A stretch of DNA of 64,000 nt from an uncultured Actinomycetes bacterium (GCA_963722795.1 CAVROD010000003.1:1056-65055); one strand, 5' to 3'; positions 1 through 10,903 are shown, counted from the first letter of the stretch. Notes: generated by a model not told the origin, from the letters alone. Numbers and translations: made by a program.

Positions 1-16
1 TTCCTCTCGCTCACGG

Positions 17-322
17 ATGACCAGCGAACGATGTGAGGTGGCGGTGGTGTACGGATACGAGATGAACAAGAAGGCGCTGCAGGATCGGCTGCGGCGGATC
101 GAGGGGCAGGTCCGGGGGCTGCAGCGCATGGTCGAGGAGGACCAGTACTGCATCGACATCCTCACGCAGCTCAACTCGGTGCAGGCGGCCCTGCGTGCCG
201 TCGGCATGGGGCTGCTCGACGACCACGTGCGTCATTGCGTGCGCGAGTCGATCGAGCAGGGCGACGGCGAAGTGAAGATCGAGGAGTTGATGTCCGCGGT
301 CGGACGGTTGGCCGGTCGATGA
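17..322 (+). CDS. csoR: CsoR/RcnR-family copper-sensing transcriptional repressor
   Basis: [23 protein letters not shown] plus HVRHC gives the CsoR Cys-His-Cys ligand pattern. The stop overlaps the copA start (ATGA at 319-322). Alternative start ATG at 62. Confidence 0.85.
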   Translation: MTSERCEVAVVYGYEMNKKALQDRLRRIEGQVRGLQRMVEEDQYCIDILTQLNSVQAALRAVGMGLLDDHVRHCVRESIEQGDGEVKIEELMSAVGRLAGR

Positions 323-2523
323 ACGCGACGCAGGCGCCGCAGGAGGAGCGCGCCGTGGTCCTCGACATCGAGGGCATGACCTGCGCGTCGTGCGTGCAGC
401 GGGTCGAGCGCGCGCTCGAGGACGTGCCGGGCGTCGACACGGCCTCCGTGAACCTCGCCACGCGTACCGCGACGGTGATCGGAGGGCGCGAGGGTTCGTT
501 GGCCCCTCTCGTCGACGCGGTACGCCGGGTCGGCTACGGCGCACGCGAGCACACCGAACGCCGATCGCCCGGTGATGAGGTACGCGCGTTCGGCGTGCGC
601 CTCGCCGTCGCCGCGCCGCTGACGCTCGCCGTGCTCTGGTTCACCTTCGCCCTGCCCGAGGAGGCATGGGCACAGCGTCTGGCCTGGGCGCTCACCACGC
701 CCGTCGTCTTCTACGCCGGCTGGCCCTTCCTTCGAGCCGCGGCGCGCGCGGCTCGGCACGGCACGACCACGATGGACACGCTCGTGGCGCTCGGATCGGT
801 CTCGGCGTACGTGTACAGCGTCGCTGCCGACCTGCTGGGCCGCGACGACCGCTACTTCGACACCGCCGCGGTCATCGTGACCCTCATCCTCGTGGGCAAG
901 GTCTTGGAGGCCCGCGCCCGCGCGAGCGCAGGCAACGCCGCCCGCGTGTTGCTCGAACGCGGTGCCAAGCAGGCCACGCTGCTCGATGACGGCGTCGAGC
1001 GCCAGGTGCCGATCGACGAGGTGCGACCGGGCCACCTCGTGGTGGTGCGCCCCGGCGAGACCATCCCGGCCGACGGGGTCGTCAAGCAGGGGTCGTCGTG
1101 GGTCGACCGCTCCTTGCTCACCGGGGAGTCGGCCCCGGTCGACGTCGGACCCGGCGATGACGTGGTCGGCGCCACGGTCAACGGCAATGGCCGGCTAGTG
1201 GTGTTCGTGACGACGGTGGGCGCCGGCACGCGACTCGCCGAGATCGTGCGCCTGCTCGAGCAGGCGCAGGGCTCGAAGGCGCCGGTGCAACGGTTGGTGG
1301 ACCGAGTCTCGTCGGTGTTCGTGCCCATCGTGCTCGGCATCGCGGCCGCGACCTTCGCCGGATGGCTCGCGTTCACCGACGTCGCGCCCGGCGACGCGAT
1401 GCTGCACGCCGTGGCGGTGCTGCTCATCGCCTGCCCGTGCGCGCTCGGACTGGCGACGCCGGCGGCGATCATGGCGGGCACCGGTCGGGCGGCCGAACTG
1501 GGGGTGCTCTTCAAGGGCGGCGAGGTGTTCGAAGCTGCTCGCGGCGCCGATGTCGTGCTGCTCGACAAGACGGGAACCGTCACCGACGGCGCGATGCGCC
1601 TCGCAGAGGTGGTGCCGGTCGCCGGCGTCGGGGCCGACGAGGTGCTCACGATCGCCGCCGCAGCGGAGGCGGGCTCGGAGCATCCGATCGCCCTGGCGGT
1701 GCTCGATGCGGCGCGGGAGCGCGGGATCGCGGTGCCCGCCGGCGCCGAGCACACGGTCGAGCCCGGCACCGGCGCCCGCGCCGTGGTCGAGGGGGTCGAG
1801 ATGCGCGTGAGCCGCCCCGACGCCCTTCCCCCGGCGCTCACCGCGACGGTGACGGCGCTCGCCTCGAAGGGACGATCTCCGTTCGCCGTCTGGCGCGACG
1901 GACTGCCCGTGGGCGTCATCGCGGTCTCCGACCGGGTGAAGCCGGAGGCCGCCCAGGCCGTCGCACGACTCCGCGCGATGGGCATGCAGGTCGCGCTCGT
2001 CACCGGCGATCGTCGCGCCACCGCCGACTCGGTGGCGGCCGAGACCGGCATCGATCGCGTCGCGGCCGAGGTCTATCCCGACGGCAAGGTCGAGGAAGTG
2101 GAACGCCTGCAGCGCGACGGATACCGGGTGGTGTTCGTCGGCGACGGGCTGAACGACGCGCCCGCGCTGGCGAAGGCCGACGTGGGCGTGGCGATGGGCG
2201 GCGGCACCGACGTGGCCCTCGCGGCTGCCGAGGTCAACCTACTCGGCGGGTCGCTCTCGTCGGTCGCCGACGCCCTCGACCTGGCGCGGCGCACGTACCG
2301 CATCATCGCCGAGAACCTCTTCTGGGCATTCATCTACAACGTGGTGATGATCCCGCTGGCGATCGTCGGTGTCCTCGACCCGATGTGGGCTGCGGGGGCG
2401 ATGGCGCTGTCGAGCGTGACCGTCGTCGTGAACGCCCTGCGCCTGCGGCGGTACGGGCGGCGGCGGGCCGGCATGGGCCGAGAGGCGACGTCGAGGCCGT
2501 CCGTCGCTCCGGCAGACGTGTGA
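319..2523 (+). CDS. copA: Copper-translocating P1B-type ATPase
   Basis: In-frame ATG at 319 inside ORF 235..2523. HMA domain GMTCASCV, membrane CPC motif ([11 protein letters not shown]), DKTGT phosphorylation site, [10 protein letters not shown] hinge. Confidence 0.95.
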   Translation: MNATQAPQEERAVVLDIEGMTCASCVQRVERALEDVPGVDTASVNLATRTATVIGGREGSLAPLVDAVRRVGYGAREHTERRSPGDEVRAFGVRLAVAAPLTLAVLWFTFALPEEAWAQRLAWALTTPVVFYAGWPFLRAAARAARHGTTTMDTLVALGSVSAYVYSVAADLLGRDDRYFDTAAVIVTLILVGKVLEARARASAGNAARVLLERGAKQATLLDDGVERQVPIDEVRPGHLVVVRPGETIPADGVVKQGSSWVDRSLLTGESAPVDVGPGDDVVGATVNGNGRLVVFVTTVGAGTRLAEIVRLLEQAQGSKAPVQRLVDRVSSVFVPIVLGIAAATFAGWLAFTDVAPGDAMLHAVAVLLIACPCALGLATPAAIMAGTGRAAELGVLFKGGEVFEAARGADVVLLDKTGTVTDGAMRLAEVVPVAGVGADEVLTIAAAAEAGSEHPIALAVLDAARERGIAVPAGAEHTVEPGTGARAVVEGVEMRVSRPDALPPALTATVTALASKGRSPFAVWRDGLPVGVIAVSDRVKPEAAQAVARLRAMGMQVALVTGDRRATADSVAAETGIDRVAAEVYPDGKVEEVERLQRDGYRVVFVGDGLNDAPALAKADVGVAMGGGTDVALAAAEVNLLGGSLSSVADALDLARRTYRIIAENLFWAFIYNVVMIPLAIVGVLDPMWAAGAMALSSVTVVVNALRLRRYGRRRAGMGREATSRPSVAPADV

Positions 2524-2536
2524 GAGGCTGGACGAC

Positions 2537-3355
2537 ATGGTGGACATGAGCGGAGCGACGGCAGCCACGACCCACGTGGTCGACGTCACCGACGCCGATT
2601 TCGAGCAGGTCGTGATCCAGGGGTCGATGCAACGACCCGTGGTGGTCGACATGTGGGCGTCGTGGTGCGCGCCGTGCCGCACCCTCGGACCAACCCTCGA
2701 GAAGGTGGCACGCGAGCGCGACGGCGCGTTCCTGCTCGCCAAGCTCGACGTCGACGCGAACGCCGTCGGCAATGCGCTGCTGCAGGCCGTCCAGAGCCAG
2801 GGAATCCCGACGGTCGTGGCGTTCAGCGGCGGCCAACCGGTCAACATGTTCATCGGGGCCTATCCCGAGCAGGAGGTCAACCGGTTCATCGACGAGATCC
2901 TGCCCAGCGAGGTGGAGATCGAAGCCGACGAGGCTCTCGCCGAAGAGGCTGCCGGCGACATCGAGTCGGCCGAGGCGGGCTACCGCGACGTGCTGGCGAA
3001 GGATCCCGGGAACCGCGACGCCGCGATCGGGCTCGCGCGCATCCTCGTGGCACGCGGCGACATCGACGAGGCCCGGACGCTCGCCGAGCCGTTGCTGCCC
3101 GATGCCGACGCCGAGCGCATCATGGCCACGGTGCGCGTGCACGATTGGGGCTCGGCGCCCGGTGAGGGCGCGATCGGGACCGCCCGTGCCGCCGCAGCGG
3201 CCGGCCGGTGGCGAGAGGCGCTCGACGGCCTGCTCGCCGCCTTCGACGACGACCCCGACACGGCACGCACATCGATGGTCGACATCTTCACGACCCTCGG
3301 CGACGATGCGATCGTGGGCGAGTATCGACCGAAGCTCGCCGCCCGCCTCTTCTGA
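2537..3355 (+). CDS. Thioredoxin-domain protein with TPR-like C-terminal half (YbbN/CnoX-like)
   Basis: WCAPC active site near the N-terminus, followed by a helical repeat region (AEAGYRDVLAKDPGNRDAAIGLARILVARGDIDEA). Confidence 0.8.
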   Translation: MVDMSGATAATTHVVDVTDADFEQVVIQGSMQRPVVVDMWASWCAPCRTLGPTLEKVARERDGAFLLAKLDVDANAVGNALLQAVQSQGIPTVVAFSGGQPVNMFIGAYPEQEVNRFIDEILPSEVEIEADEALAEEAAGDIESAEAGYRDVLAKDPGNRDAAIGLARILVARGDIDEARTLAEPLLPDADAERIMATVRVHDWGSAPGEGAIGTARAAAAAGRWREALDGLLAAFDDDPDTARTSMVDIFTTLGDDAIVGEYRPKLAARLF

Positions 3356-3377
3356 GCACTTCGAGGGAGCGAGCACG

Positions 3378-4124
3378 ATGACCGACGTCAACGACCGCAT
3401 CCGGGAATTCTGGGACCGCGACTCGGCGACCTACGACCATTCGGCGTCGCACGCCGCGTCCGATCCGCTCGAGGCGGCGGCCTGGCGGGCGGCCCTGCGG
3501 CGGGCCCTTCCCGACCCGCCGGCCTCGGTACTCGACATCGGCGCGGGCACTGGGTCGCTGAGCCTGCTCGCCGCCGAGCTACGGTACGAGGTGACGGCGC
3601 TCGATCTGTCCGAGGGCATGCTCTCGAAGGCGCGTGAGAAGGCGGCCGCCCGGGGCCTCGAGGTCGCGTTCGAGGTGGGCTCGGCGATGTCGCCACCCGA
3701 GGGCCCGTTCGAGACGGTCATGGAACGTCATGTGCTGTGGACGGTGCCCGACCCGGTCGGGGCGCTCCGCGAGTGGCGCCGGGTGACGGCGCCGGGCGGC
3801 CGTCTCGTGCTCTTCGAGGGTGTCTGGGGCTCACGCGCTCCGGCCGACCGTGCGAAGCATGCCGTGGCCGGCCTGCTTCGGTCGGCGCTCGGCCTCGACG
3901 ATCACCATCATGCGTCGTACCCCGACGAGGTGATCGAGGCGCTGCCATTCGCTCGCATGCCCTCGCCTGGGCCGTTGGTGCGGGCCGTCGCCGACGCCGG
4001 CTACACGGGGGTGCGCATCCAACGGCTCCGTGACGTGGAGTGGGCCGCCCGCCTGCATGAGCCGTGGCCGCTCGCATGGCTCGAGCACCGGCCGCGGTAC
4101 GCCCTGATCGCCGACAACGGCTGA
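3378..4124 (+). CDS. Class I SAM-dependent methyltransferase, substrate unknown
   Basis: In-frame ATG 3378 within ORF 2772..4124. SAM motif I VLDIGAGTGSLS and a later GGRLVLFE motif. Confidence 0.8.
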   Translation: MTDVNDRIREFWDRDSATYDHSASHAASDPLEAAAWRAALRRALPDPPASVLDIGAGTGSLSLLAAELRYEVTALDLSEGMLSKAREKAAARGLEVAFEVGSAMSPPEGPFETVMERHVLWTVPDPVGALREWRRVTAPGGRLVLFEGVWGSRAPADRAKHAVAGLLRSALGLDDHHHASYPDEVIEALPFARMPSPGPLVRAVADAGYTGVRIQRLRDVEWAARLHEPWPLAWLEHRPRYALIADNG

Positions 4125-4136
4125 GGACGGCGTCGG

Positions 4137-4838
4137 TCAGGCGACGAGCGGGTCTCGGAACCGATCCTGCTCGCGCGCCGGCGCCGGCTCGTACGTCAGG
4201 TCGAACACCTCCGCGAGCGTGCGGCGCACGATCGGGCGCACCTCGTCGACCGTCACGGCGCGGCCGAGCAGCGCCGAGAGCGAGGTCACCCCGTTGTCGG
4301 GAAGCCCGCATGCGACGATGCCGCCGAACCACGACAGGTCGGTGTCGCAGTTGATCGCGAACCCGTGCAGGGTGACCCGCGTGCGCATCAGGCGCACCCC
4401 GATCGCGCACACCTTGTCGTCGCCGGCGAACACGCCGGTCTGTACGTCGTCGCGCCGGTGCAATTCGACGCCGAGCTCGGCGCCCGTGCGGATGACGGCT
4501 TCCTCGAGGGAACGCAGGTAGGCGGCGGCATCGGGGCGGGCGCCCAGGTGCAGGATCGGATAGCCCACGAGCTGGCCGGGTCCATGGAACGTGAACGAGC
4601 CACCACGGTCGATGTGGTGCACCTCGGCGCCGTGCGCGACGGCTTCCTGCTCGCTCCACACGAGATGCTCGGGCTTGGCCCGGCGTCCGGCCGTGAACAC
4701 CGGTGGGTGCTCGAGCAGGATCACCGAGTCGGGGACCTCCTCGATGAGCCGGCGCGCAGCCAGGTCGTGCATGGCATCGTTGGCGCCGGCGTAAGGGACG
4801 GCGCCCGCCGGCTCGAACAACCAGGTGCGGCGAGCCAC
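4137..4838 (-). CDS. lipB: Lipoyl(octanoyl) transferase
   Basis: LLEHPPVFTAGRR, HIDRGGSFTFHGPGQLVGYPIL, KVCAIGVRL. I chose GTG at 4838, 5 nt after the E2 stop. The ORF-track start at 4946 would overlap E2 by about 100 nt. Confidence 0.85.
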   Translation of the reverse strand: MARRTWLFEPAGAVPYAGANDAMHDLAARRLIEEVPDSVILLEHPPVFTAGRRAKPEHLVWSEQEAVAHGAEVHHIDRGGSFTFHGPGQLVGYPILHLGARPDAAAYLRSLEEAVIRTGAELGVELHRRDDVQTGVFAGDDKVCAIGVRLMRTRVTLHGFAINCDTDLSWFGGIVACGLPDNGVTSLSALLGRAVTVDEVRPIVRRTLAEVFDLTYEPAPAREQDRFRDPLVA

Positions 4839-4843
4839 CGGCG

Positions 4844-6193
4844 TCAGACCCCGAGGTCCTCGGCGAAGTCCCACGTCTCGAGGTTGTGCTTGACCCTGCC
4901 CAGGAATCGCGTGGCGATCTCGCCGTCGATCAGCCGGTGGTCCCACGACATCGAGATGTAGACCATGCTGCGCACCGCGATCGCGTCGCCCTCGAGCACG
5001 ACGGGACGCCGCTGGATGCCGTCGAGGGACAGGATGCCCACGTTCGGCTGGTTGATGATGGGCACGCTGATCAGCGATCCGTAGGGACCGGGGTTCGTGA
5101 TCGTGAAGGTCGCCCCCTGCACCTCGTCGGGCTGCAGCTGTCGCGACCGGGCGCGCGCCGCGAGGTCGGCGATCGCCCGCGCGATGCCGACGCTGTTCAT
5201 CACGTCGGCGTTGTGGATCACCGGCACGATCAGCCCCGCGTCGTAGCTGACGGCGATGCCCATGTGCACCGCGCGCGGCGTGGCGATGTCGTCACCCACG
5301 ATGCGGGAGTTCACCGGCGGGTAGGCCGCGAGCGCGTCGACGGTGGCCCGCACCACGAACGGCAGGTACGTGAGCTTCACGCCATGCGCCGCGAGGAAGG
5401 CCTCCTTCGTGCGTTCCCGGAGCTTCACGAGGTGATCGACGTTGACCTCGACCATCGTCCAGGCGCGCGCCGTCTCGTTCACCGAGGCGAGCATGTGCGA
5501 GGCGATCGCCTTGCGGATGTGCGACATGGGCTCGACCGTCTCGCCCTGCGCCGCAGCCGCACCGACCGATGGCGGGGCTGCGACCGGCTCAGGCGCAGGC
5601 GCCGAGGACGATGCGGCCGGTGATGCCGCCGCGCCGCCGCCGCCCGAGGCGACGACCGCCATCACGTCCTGCTTCGTGATGCGCCCGCCGGTGCCGGTGC
5701 CGGCCACCGTCGAGAGGTCGATGCCGTGCTCCTGGGCGAGCCGGCGCACCAGCGGCGAGAGGATCTGCGACCGCGGCCCTCGGTCGGGCACCGGTGCGGT
5801 CGGCGCCGTACCGCCCGCGGGAGCCGCCGTACCGGCTGCCACGGGCACGTCGCCCGCGCTCGTCTCGGCGGCGACCGGCTCGCCGGCATCCCCCTCGGCC
5901 GGCGCCGCGGCATCCGCCTCGGCCGGCGCCGCGGCATCCGCCGCCGGCGCCGCATCCTCGTCCGAAGCGACCTCGGCGAGCTCGGTGCCGACCGGCACCG
6001 TCTGGCCTTCGGCGACGATGATCTTCGTCAGGGTGCCGGCCACTGGCGAGGGCACCTCGGTGTCGACCTTGTCGGTGGAGATCTCGAACAGCGGCTCGTC
6101 GCGCTCCACCGTCTCTCCCTCGGCCTTCAACCATTTCAGGACCGTGCCTTCGATGATCGTCTCGCCGAGCTGCGGCATCTGGATCGAGGTCAT
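4844..6193 (-). CDS. 2-oxoacid dehydrogenase E2 dihydrolipoamide acyltransferase (BCKDH/PDH type)
   Basis: Start ATG 6193 (MTSIQMPQLGE). Lipoyl domain EISTDKVDTEVPSP, E3-binding domain SPLVRRLAQEHGIDL, catalytic DHRLIDG. Confidence 0.9.
   Translation of the reverse strand: MTSIQMPQLGETIIEGTVLKWLKAEGETVERDEPLFEISTDKVDTEVPSPVAGTLTKIIVAEGQTVPVGTELAEVASDEDAAPAADAAAPAEADAAAPAEGDAGEPVAAETSAGDVPVAAGTAAPAGGTAPTAPVPDRGPRSQILSPLVRRLAQEHGIDLSTVAGTGTGGRITKQDVMAVVASGGGGAAASPAASSSAPAPEPVAAPPSVGAAAAQGETVEPMSHIRKAIASHMLASVNETARAWTMVEVNVDHLVKLRERTKEAFLAAHGVKLTYLPFVVRATVDALAAYPPVNSRIVGDDIATPRAVHMGIAVSYDAGLIVPVIHNADVMNSVGIARAIADLAARARSRQLQPDEVQGATFTITNPGPYGSLISVPIINQPNVGILSLDGIQRRPVVLEGDAIAVRSMVYISMSWDHRLIDGEIATRFLGRVKHNLETWDFAEDLGV
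5894..5941. repeat. Perfect 24-nt tandem duplication inside the Ala/Pro-rich E2 linker
   Basis: ctcggccggcgccgcggcatccgc occurs twice back to back (5894-5917 and 5918-5941). It encodes the repeated AP/AE/AD linker between the lipoyl and E3-binding domains. Confidence 0.9.
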
Positions 6194-6221
6194 CGGGCTC
6201 CTCCCTCGTGTCGGGCGCGGC

Positions 6222-7271
6222 TCACCAGGCGGACAACTTCTCGACGGCGCGCTCGATGTCGGCGACCTGCGGTAGGAACGCGTCCTCGAGCGGGGGGGAG
6301 AACGGCACTGGCATGTTCGGCGGGGACAGCCGGGTGACGGGCGCATCCAGGTGCTCGAACGCTTTCTCCGCGATCGTGGCGCCGACCTCGGCGCCGATGC
6401 CCACGAACCGGTAGCTCTCGCTCACCACGAGCGCGCGCGACGTCTTGGCGATCGAGTTCAGCACGGTCTCCTCGTCGATGGGCAGCACGGTGCGCAGGTC
6501 GACGACCTCGGCCGAGACCCCGCGCTGCGCGAGGTTCTCCGCGGCCTCGAGCGACTTGTGCACCAACGCCCCGTACGTGATGATCGAGACGTCGGTGCCT
6601 TCCCGCTTCACGTCGGCCTGGCCGATCGGCACGAGGAAGTCGGCATCGGTCGGCACCTGTTCCTTGATGCGCCGGTAGATCCACTTGTGCTCGAGGTAGA
6701 GCACCGGGTTGTCGTCGCGCACGGCCGACTTCATGAGCCCCTTCGCGTCGGAGGGGAACGCCGGAGCGACGATCTTGATGCCGCCCCCGTAGGCGAACCA
6801 CGGCTCCGGGTTCACCGAGTGGAACGACGACGCACGCACGTAGCCGCCCGATGGGCCGCGCAGCACGACGGGCATCGGCACGCCCGAGCGGTAGTGGTAG
6901 CGCCCGAGCACGGTGGAGATCGAGTCGAAGCCCGACGACATGAAGTCGGCGTACTGGAACTCCGCGACGGGCCGCAGACCCTCCATCGCCGAGCCCACCG
7001 CCATGCCGACGATCGTCTCCTCAGCGATCGGTGTATCGATCACCCGGTTGGAGCCGAACCGGTCGAGGAACCCTTCGGTCACCTTGAAGGCGCCGCCGTA
7101 CACCCCGATGTCCTCCCCGAGCATGTACACGCGTTCATCGCGCTCCATCTCCTCCCAGAGCGCCTCGGCGATCGCGATGAGGTAGGTGGCCTGGCCGTCA
7201 TCGCCACGTTTGCCGCGCGGTTCCGCGCCGTGCCCGGCCGCGCCGGCTTCGAGCTTCACCGTGGTCGCCAT
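6222..7271 (-). CDS. 2-oxoacid dehydrogenase E1 component, beta subunit
   Basis: Transketolase-like pyrimidine-binding and C-terminal domains (YMLGEDIGVYGGAFKVT, VIDTPIAEE, GPSGG). The start shares one base with the E1-alpha stop. Confidence 0.9.
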   Translation of the reverse strand: MATTVKLEAGAAGHGAEPRGKRGDDGQATYLIAIAEALWEEMERDERVYMLGEDIGVYGGAFKVTEGFLDRFGSNRVIDTPIAEETIVGMAVGSAMEGLRPVAEFQYADFMSSGFDSISTVLGRYHYRSGVPMPVVLRGPSGGYVRASSFHSVNPEPWFAYGGGIKIVAPAFPSDAKGLMKSAVRDDNPVLYLEHKWIYRRIKEQVPTDADFLVPIGQADVKREGTDVSIITYGALVHKSLEAAENLAQRGVSAEVVDLRTVLPIDEETVLNSIAKTSRALVVSESYRFVGIGAEVGATIAEKAFEHLDAPVTRLSPPNMPVPFSPPLEDAFLPQVADIERAVEKLSAW

Positions 7272-8341
7272 CAGCCGGCCTCCGTGCCGCCGCCGCGTCC
7301 GGGTTCGTGGGTCCAGTAGCCGTCTTCGACCCAGAGCCCCTTCGTCGCATCGCCCGGCTCGGGGAACGGCGACGCGAGGGCGTACTCATAGCCGGCCTCG
7401 AACTCCGCCTCGACCTCGGCCGCGATCTCGGCGATGTCGTCCGTGGTGACCACGCCAGCGGTCAGCAGGTACTCCTCGAAGTTGCGCACCGGGTCGCGGT
7501 TGGCCATGTACTCCTGCAGCATCTCGTCGGGCATGTACTTCGCCGGGTCGTGCCCGGCGTGGCCACGCCAGCGCAGGGAGACCGACTCGATCAGGGTGGG
7601 CCCGTCGCCGGCGCGAGCGCGCTCGACCGCCTCGCGGGTGGCCTCGAACACCTCCAGGACGTTGCCCCCGTCGAGTCGCACGCCCGGGATGCCGTAGGCG
7701 ACCGCGCGCTCGGCGATCGTGGGCACCGCGAACTCCTGCGTGTTGGGCGTGGAGTAGGCGAACTGGTTGTTGTTCACGACCCACACCACCGGCAGCCGGT
7801 GCACGGCGGAGGTGTTGATCGCCTCGTGCCAGCGCCCGTTCGACGTGGAGCCGTCACCACAGATGGCGAGGGCGACGTGCGACTCGCCCTTCATCTTGTA
7901 GGCGAGTGCTGCGCCCACCGCCACCGGGTAGGCGATCGGCAGGTGCGACATCACCGTGAACGTCTTGTTGCCTTGCCAGTCGCCGATGTGGCTGTTGCCG
8001 TCACGCCCGCGGGTGTAGCCGTCGATGCGGCCCCAGAACTGCGCCATCACACGCTTCAGATCGAGACCCTTGGTGAGCTGCGCCGTCAGGTCGCGGTGGG
8101 TCGGGAAGAGCGAGTCGCCGGGGCCGAGTGCCCAGGCGGCGCCGACGTGCGTGCCTTCCTGCCCACGGCCCGAGTAGATCGCGCCGGGCAGGCGGCCCTG
8201 GCGGTACAAGGCCTCCATGCGCTCGTCGAAGTAACGACAGAGCTTCAGCATGTGCATCATGCGCACCAGCTCGTCGTCGGGCAACGGTCGTGCGTCGCCC
8301 GATGTCTCGGCGGGGGCGGTGGGGTCGACCTCGGTCGCCAC
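7271..8341 (-). CDS. 2-oxoacid dehydrogenase E1 component, alpha subunit (TPP-dependent)
   Basis: TPP-binding region ICGDGSTSNGRWHEAIN..VVNNNQFAY and RWRGHAGHDP. Sits between lpd and E1-beta on the same strand. Confidence 0.9.
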   Translation of the reverse strand: MATEVDPTAPAETSGDARPLPDDELVRMMHMLKLCRYFDERMEALYRQGRLPGAIYSGRGQEGTHVGAAWALGPGDSLFPTHRDLTAQLTKGLDLKRVMAQFWGRIDGYTRGRDGNSHIGDWQGNKTFTVMSHLPIAYPVAVGAALAYKMKGESHVALAICGDGSTSNGRWHEAINTSAVHRLPVVWVVNNNQFAYSTPNTQEFAVPTIAERAVAYGIPGVRLDGGNVLEVFEATREAVERARAGDGPTLIESVSLRWRGHAGHDPAKYMPDEMLQEYMANRDPVRNFEEYLLTAGVVTTDDIAEIAAEVEAEFEAGYEYALASPFPEPGDATKGLWVEDGYWTHEPGRGGGTEAG

Positions 8342-8350
8342 GCGTGCTCC

Positions 8351-9733
8351 TTATGGGGTGTGCAGGGGTTTGCCGGCGAGGGCGAGGTGGGCCTCGCCGA
8401 TGCCTTCGGACAGGGACGGATGAGGGTGCATCATGGTTGCGACCTCGGCTGGGAGCGCCTCCCAGTTCACGATCAACATGCCTTCGGCGATGAGATCGGT
8501 CACGTGCGGGCCGATCATGTGCACACCGCGAACAGGCCCGTCGACCTCGGCAACGAGCTTCACGAACCCGCCCTCGCCGAGCATGTTCGCCTTCCCGATC
8601 GCTCGGAAGTCGACCGTGTCGACGACCACGTCGAGGCCGGCCTCCCGAGCCTGCGCCTCGGTCATGCCGACGCTCGCGATCTCGGGCGTGCAGTAGGTGA
8701 CCTTCGGGATGTGCAGGTAGTCGATCTCGGCGACGTCGAGCCCGGCGATGCGCTCGGCGACCGCGTAGCCCTCGGTGAAGGCGACGTGGGCGAGCTGCAG
8801 GGGCGTGGAGGCGGCATCGCCGATCGCCCACACGTGCTCGACGTTCGTACGGAGCTCGCCGTCGACGATCACGAACCCCTTCTCGTGGGTGTCGACGCCG
8901 GCTTCGGCCAGGCCCAGCCCCTCGGTCACGGGGCCGCGGCCGGTCGCGACGAGGCAGATGTCGGCCTCGACCGAAACCGTGCCCTTGCCGGCGTCGTATG
9001 CGACTCGGACCGCCTCGCCCGTGTCGTCGATCTGCTGCACCGAGGCGCCCGCGACCGTGGTGATGCCGCGCTTGCGGTAGGCGCGCGCGATCTCCTTCGA
9101 GACCTGCTCGTCCTCGAGGGGAGCGAGCCTCGGCAGGGCCTCGAGCAGCGTGACCTCGGCGCCGAACGAGCGGTAGAACGACGCGAACTCGAGCCCGACC
9201 GCCCCGGCCCCGATCACGACTGCCGAGGTGGGGATGCGGTCGAGCCACAGGGCCTGATCGCTCGTGATGATGCGCTCGGAGATCGACACGCCAGGCAGGA
9301 GCTTCGGAGCAGATCCGGTGGCGATGACGATCTCGGTGGCCTCGACGCGGGCGCCGTCGACGTCGACCGCGGTGGCGCCGGGCACGAGCCGGGCGAGGCC
9401 CTGCACGACGTCGATCTTCCTGGCCTTGACGAGGCCGGTCACACCCTTGACCAGCTTGTCGACGACCGACGACTCGAACGCCTTGACCGCCGACCAGTCG
9501 GGCTCGCCCGACGCCTTGATGCCCCATTCGTCGGAGCGGTTCACGGCATCCATGACCGCCGCAGACTGCAGCAGGGCCTTCGTGGGGATGCAGCCCCGCA
9601 ACAAGCAGGTGCCGCCGAGGCGGTCCTCGCGCTCGACGAGGGCGACGCGGCGCCCGAGTTGGGCGGCTCGAAGGGCGGCGGAATACCCCGCCGTCCCACT
9701 GCCGATCACGGCTACGTCGTACGCATCACCCAT
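8351..9733 (-). CDS. lpd: Dihydrolipoyl dehydrogenase (E3)
   Basis: Start ATG 9733 (MGDAYDVAVIGSGTAGY, FAD fold). Redox-active GGTCLLRGCIPTK. C-terminal HPHPSLSE interface motif. Confidence 0.92.
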   Translation of the reverse strand: MGDAYDVAVIGSGTAGYSAALRAAQLGRRVALVEREDRLGGTCLLRGCIPTKALLQSAAVMDAVNRSDEWGIKASGEPDWSAVKAFESSVVDKLVKGVTGLVKARKIDVVQGLARLVPGATAVDVDGARVEATEIVIATGSAPKLLPGVSISERIITSDQALWLDRIPTSAVVIGAGAVGLEFASFYRSFGAEVTLLEALPRLAPLEDEQVSKEIARAYRKRGITTVAGASVQQIDDTGEAVRVAYDAGKGTVSVEADICLVATGRGPVTEGLGLAEAGVDTHEKGFVIVDGELRTNVEHVWAIGDAASTPLQLAHVAFTEGYAVAERIAGLDVAEIDYLHIPKVTYCTPEIASVGMTEAQAREAGLDVVVDTVDFRAIGKANMLGEGGFVKLVAEVDGPVRGVHMIGPHVTDLIAEGMLIVNWEALPAEVATMMHPHPSLSEGIGEAHLALAGKPLHTP

Positions 9734-9773
9734 CCGACAAGCCAGTCTACCGGGCTTCTCCCGAGCGGCTACG

Positions 9774-10892
9774 ATGCCGGTCGTGGATGAGCCTGCCGAG
9801 CTGCAGCACACACCGCTGGAGTCCGAGCACGTGGCCCTCGGCTCGAAGCTCGGACCGTTCGGCGGCTGGCTCATGCCGATCGAATACGCCGGGGCGCTCA
9901 AGGAGCACGAGGCGGTGCGTGAGCGTGTGGGTCTGTTCGATCTCACCCACCTCGGCAAGGTCGATGTCACCGGCGCCGGGGCCCTCGGGTTGCTGCAGGC
10001 CATCGTCACGAACGACCTGTCGCGCTCGGCTGTGGGCGAGGCGCTCTACAGCCTGGTGCTGAACGAGGGCGGCGGCGTGATCGAGGACCTGATCGTCTAC
10101 CGCCTGGACGACGATCGCTACTTCGTCGTGCCGAACGCAGCCAACGCGCACCGCGTGCTGCAGATCCTCGAAGAGACGCCGGCCGAGGACCGGGTGCACC
10201 TCATGTACCACCAGGACTGGTGCTTCCTCGCGGTGCAGGGGCCCGAGTCCGTGCACGTGATGCAGCAACTGTTCCCGGAAGCCGGCGACCTGGCCTTCAT
10301 GCAGTGCGTGGAGTCCGAGTTCCGGCGTCGTCCCGTGATCGTCACCCGCTCCGGCTACACGGGCGAGGTGGGGTTCGAGCTGTTCACGTTCCAAGACGTC
10401 GCCCGCGAGCTCTGGTCGGCGCTGCTCGAGGCGATGGAACCGTTCGGGGGTGCCCCGTGCGGGCTCGCCGCACGCGACGTGCTCCGCCTCGAGATGGGCT
10501 ACCCCCTGTACGGACAGGACCTGTTCGAGTCGGTGACCGCCCTCGAGGCCGGGCTCTCGTGGGCGGTTTCCTTCGACAAGGGCGACTTCCGCGGCCGGGC
10601 TTCGTTGCTGCGCCAGCGCGAGGAAGGTCTGCCCAGTCGTCTGGTAGGGCTGCACATGCGGGAACGCCGTCACATCCCGCGCGCGCACTATCCGGTGTTC
10701 GTCGGCGACCAGCTCGTGGGCGAGGTGACGAGCGGCACGTTCTCGCCTCTGCTCCAGTCGGGCATCGGCCTGGCGTACGTGTGGCCGCACGACGTCGTGG
10801 CGCTCGGCGACGTCGTGGAGGTCGACATCCGCGGGCGACGCGGGCAGGCAACCATCGTGCGACCGCCGTTCGTGGAGCGCAGCCCTCGCTGA
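9774..10892 (+). CDS. gcvT: Glycine cleavage system T protein (aminomethyltransferase)
   Basis: In-frame ATG 9774 within ORF 9264..10892. LFDLTHLGKVDVTG, RSGYTGEVGFELF, RDVLRLEMGYPLYGQDL. Divergent from lpd. Confidence 0.9.
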   Translation: MPVVDEPAELQHTPLESEHVALGSKLGPFGGWLMPIEYAGALKEHEAVRERVGLFDLTHLGKVDVTGAGALGLLQAIVTNDLSRSAVGEALYSLVLNEGGGVIEDLIVYRLDDDRYFVVPNAANAHRVLQILEETPAEDRVHLMYHQDWCFLAVQGPESVHVMQQLFPEAGDLAFMQCVESEFRRRPVIVTRSGYTGEVGFELFTFQDVARELWSALLEAMEPFGGAPCGLAARDVLRLEMGYPLYGQDLFESVTALEAGLSWAVSFDKGDFRGRASLLRQREEGLPSRLVGLHMRERRHIPRAHYPVFVGDQLVGEVTSGTFSPLLQSGIGLAYVWPHDVVALGDVVEVDIRGRRGQATIVRPPFVERSPR

Positions 10893-10903
10893 CAGCCGGC
10901 GCC

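Noticed and set aside
5894-5941. 24-nt perfect tandem repeat as a regulatory or mobile-element feature
   Set aside because: It lies in frame inside the Ala/Pro linker of the E2 protein. Such linkers commonly vary by duplication.
7307-9790. 827-aa plus-strand ORF
   Set aside because: It lies entirely antisense to the E1-alpha and lpd genes, which carry clear motifs. It is rich in Arg/Gly/Asp/His with no recognisable domain. This is a typical shadow ORF of GC-rich DNA.
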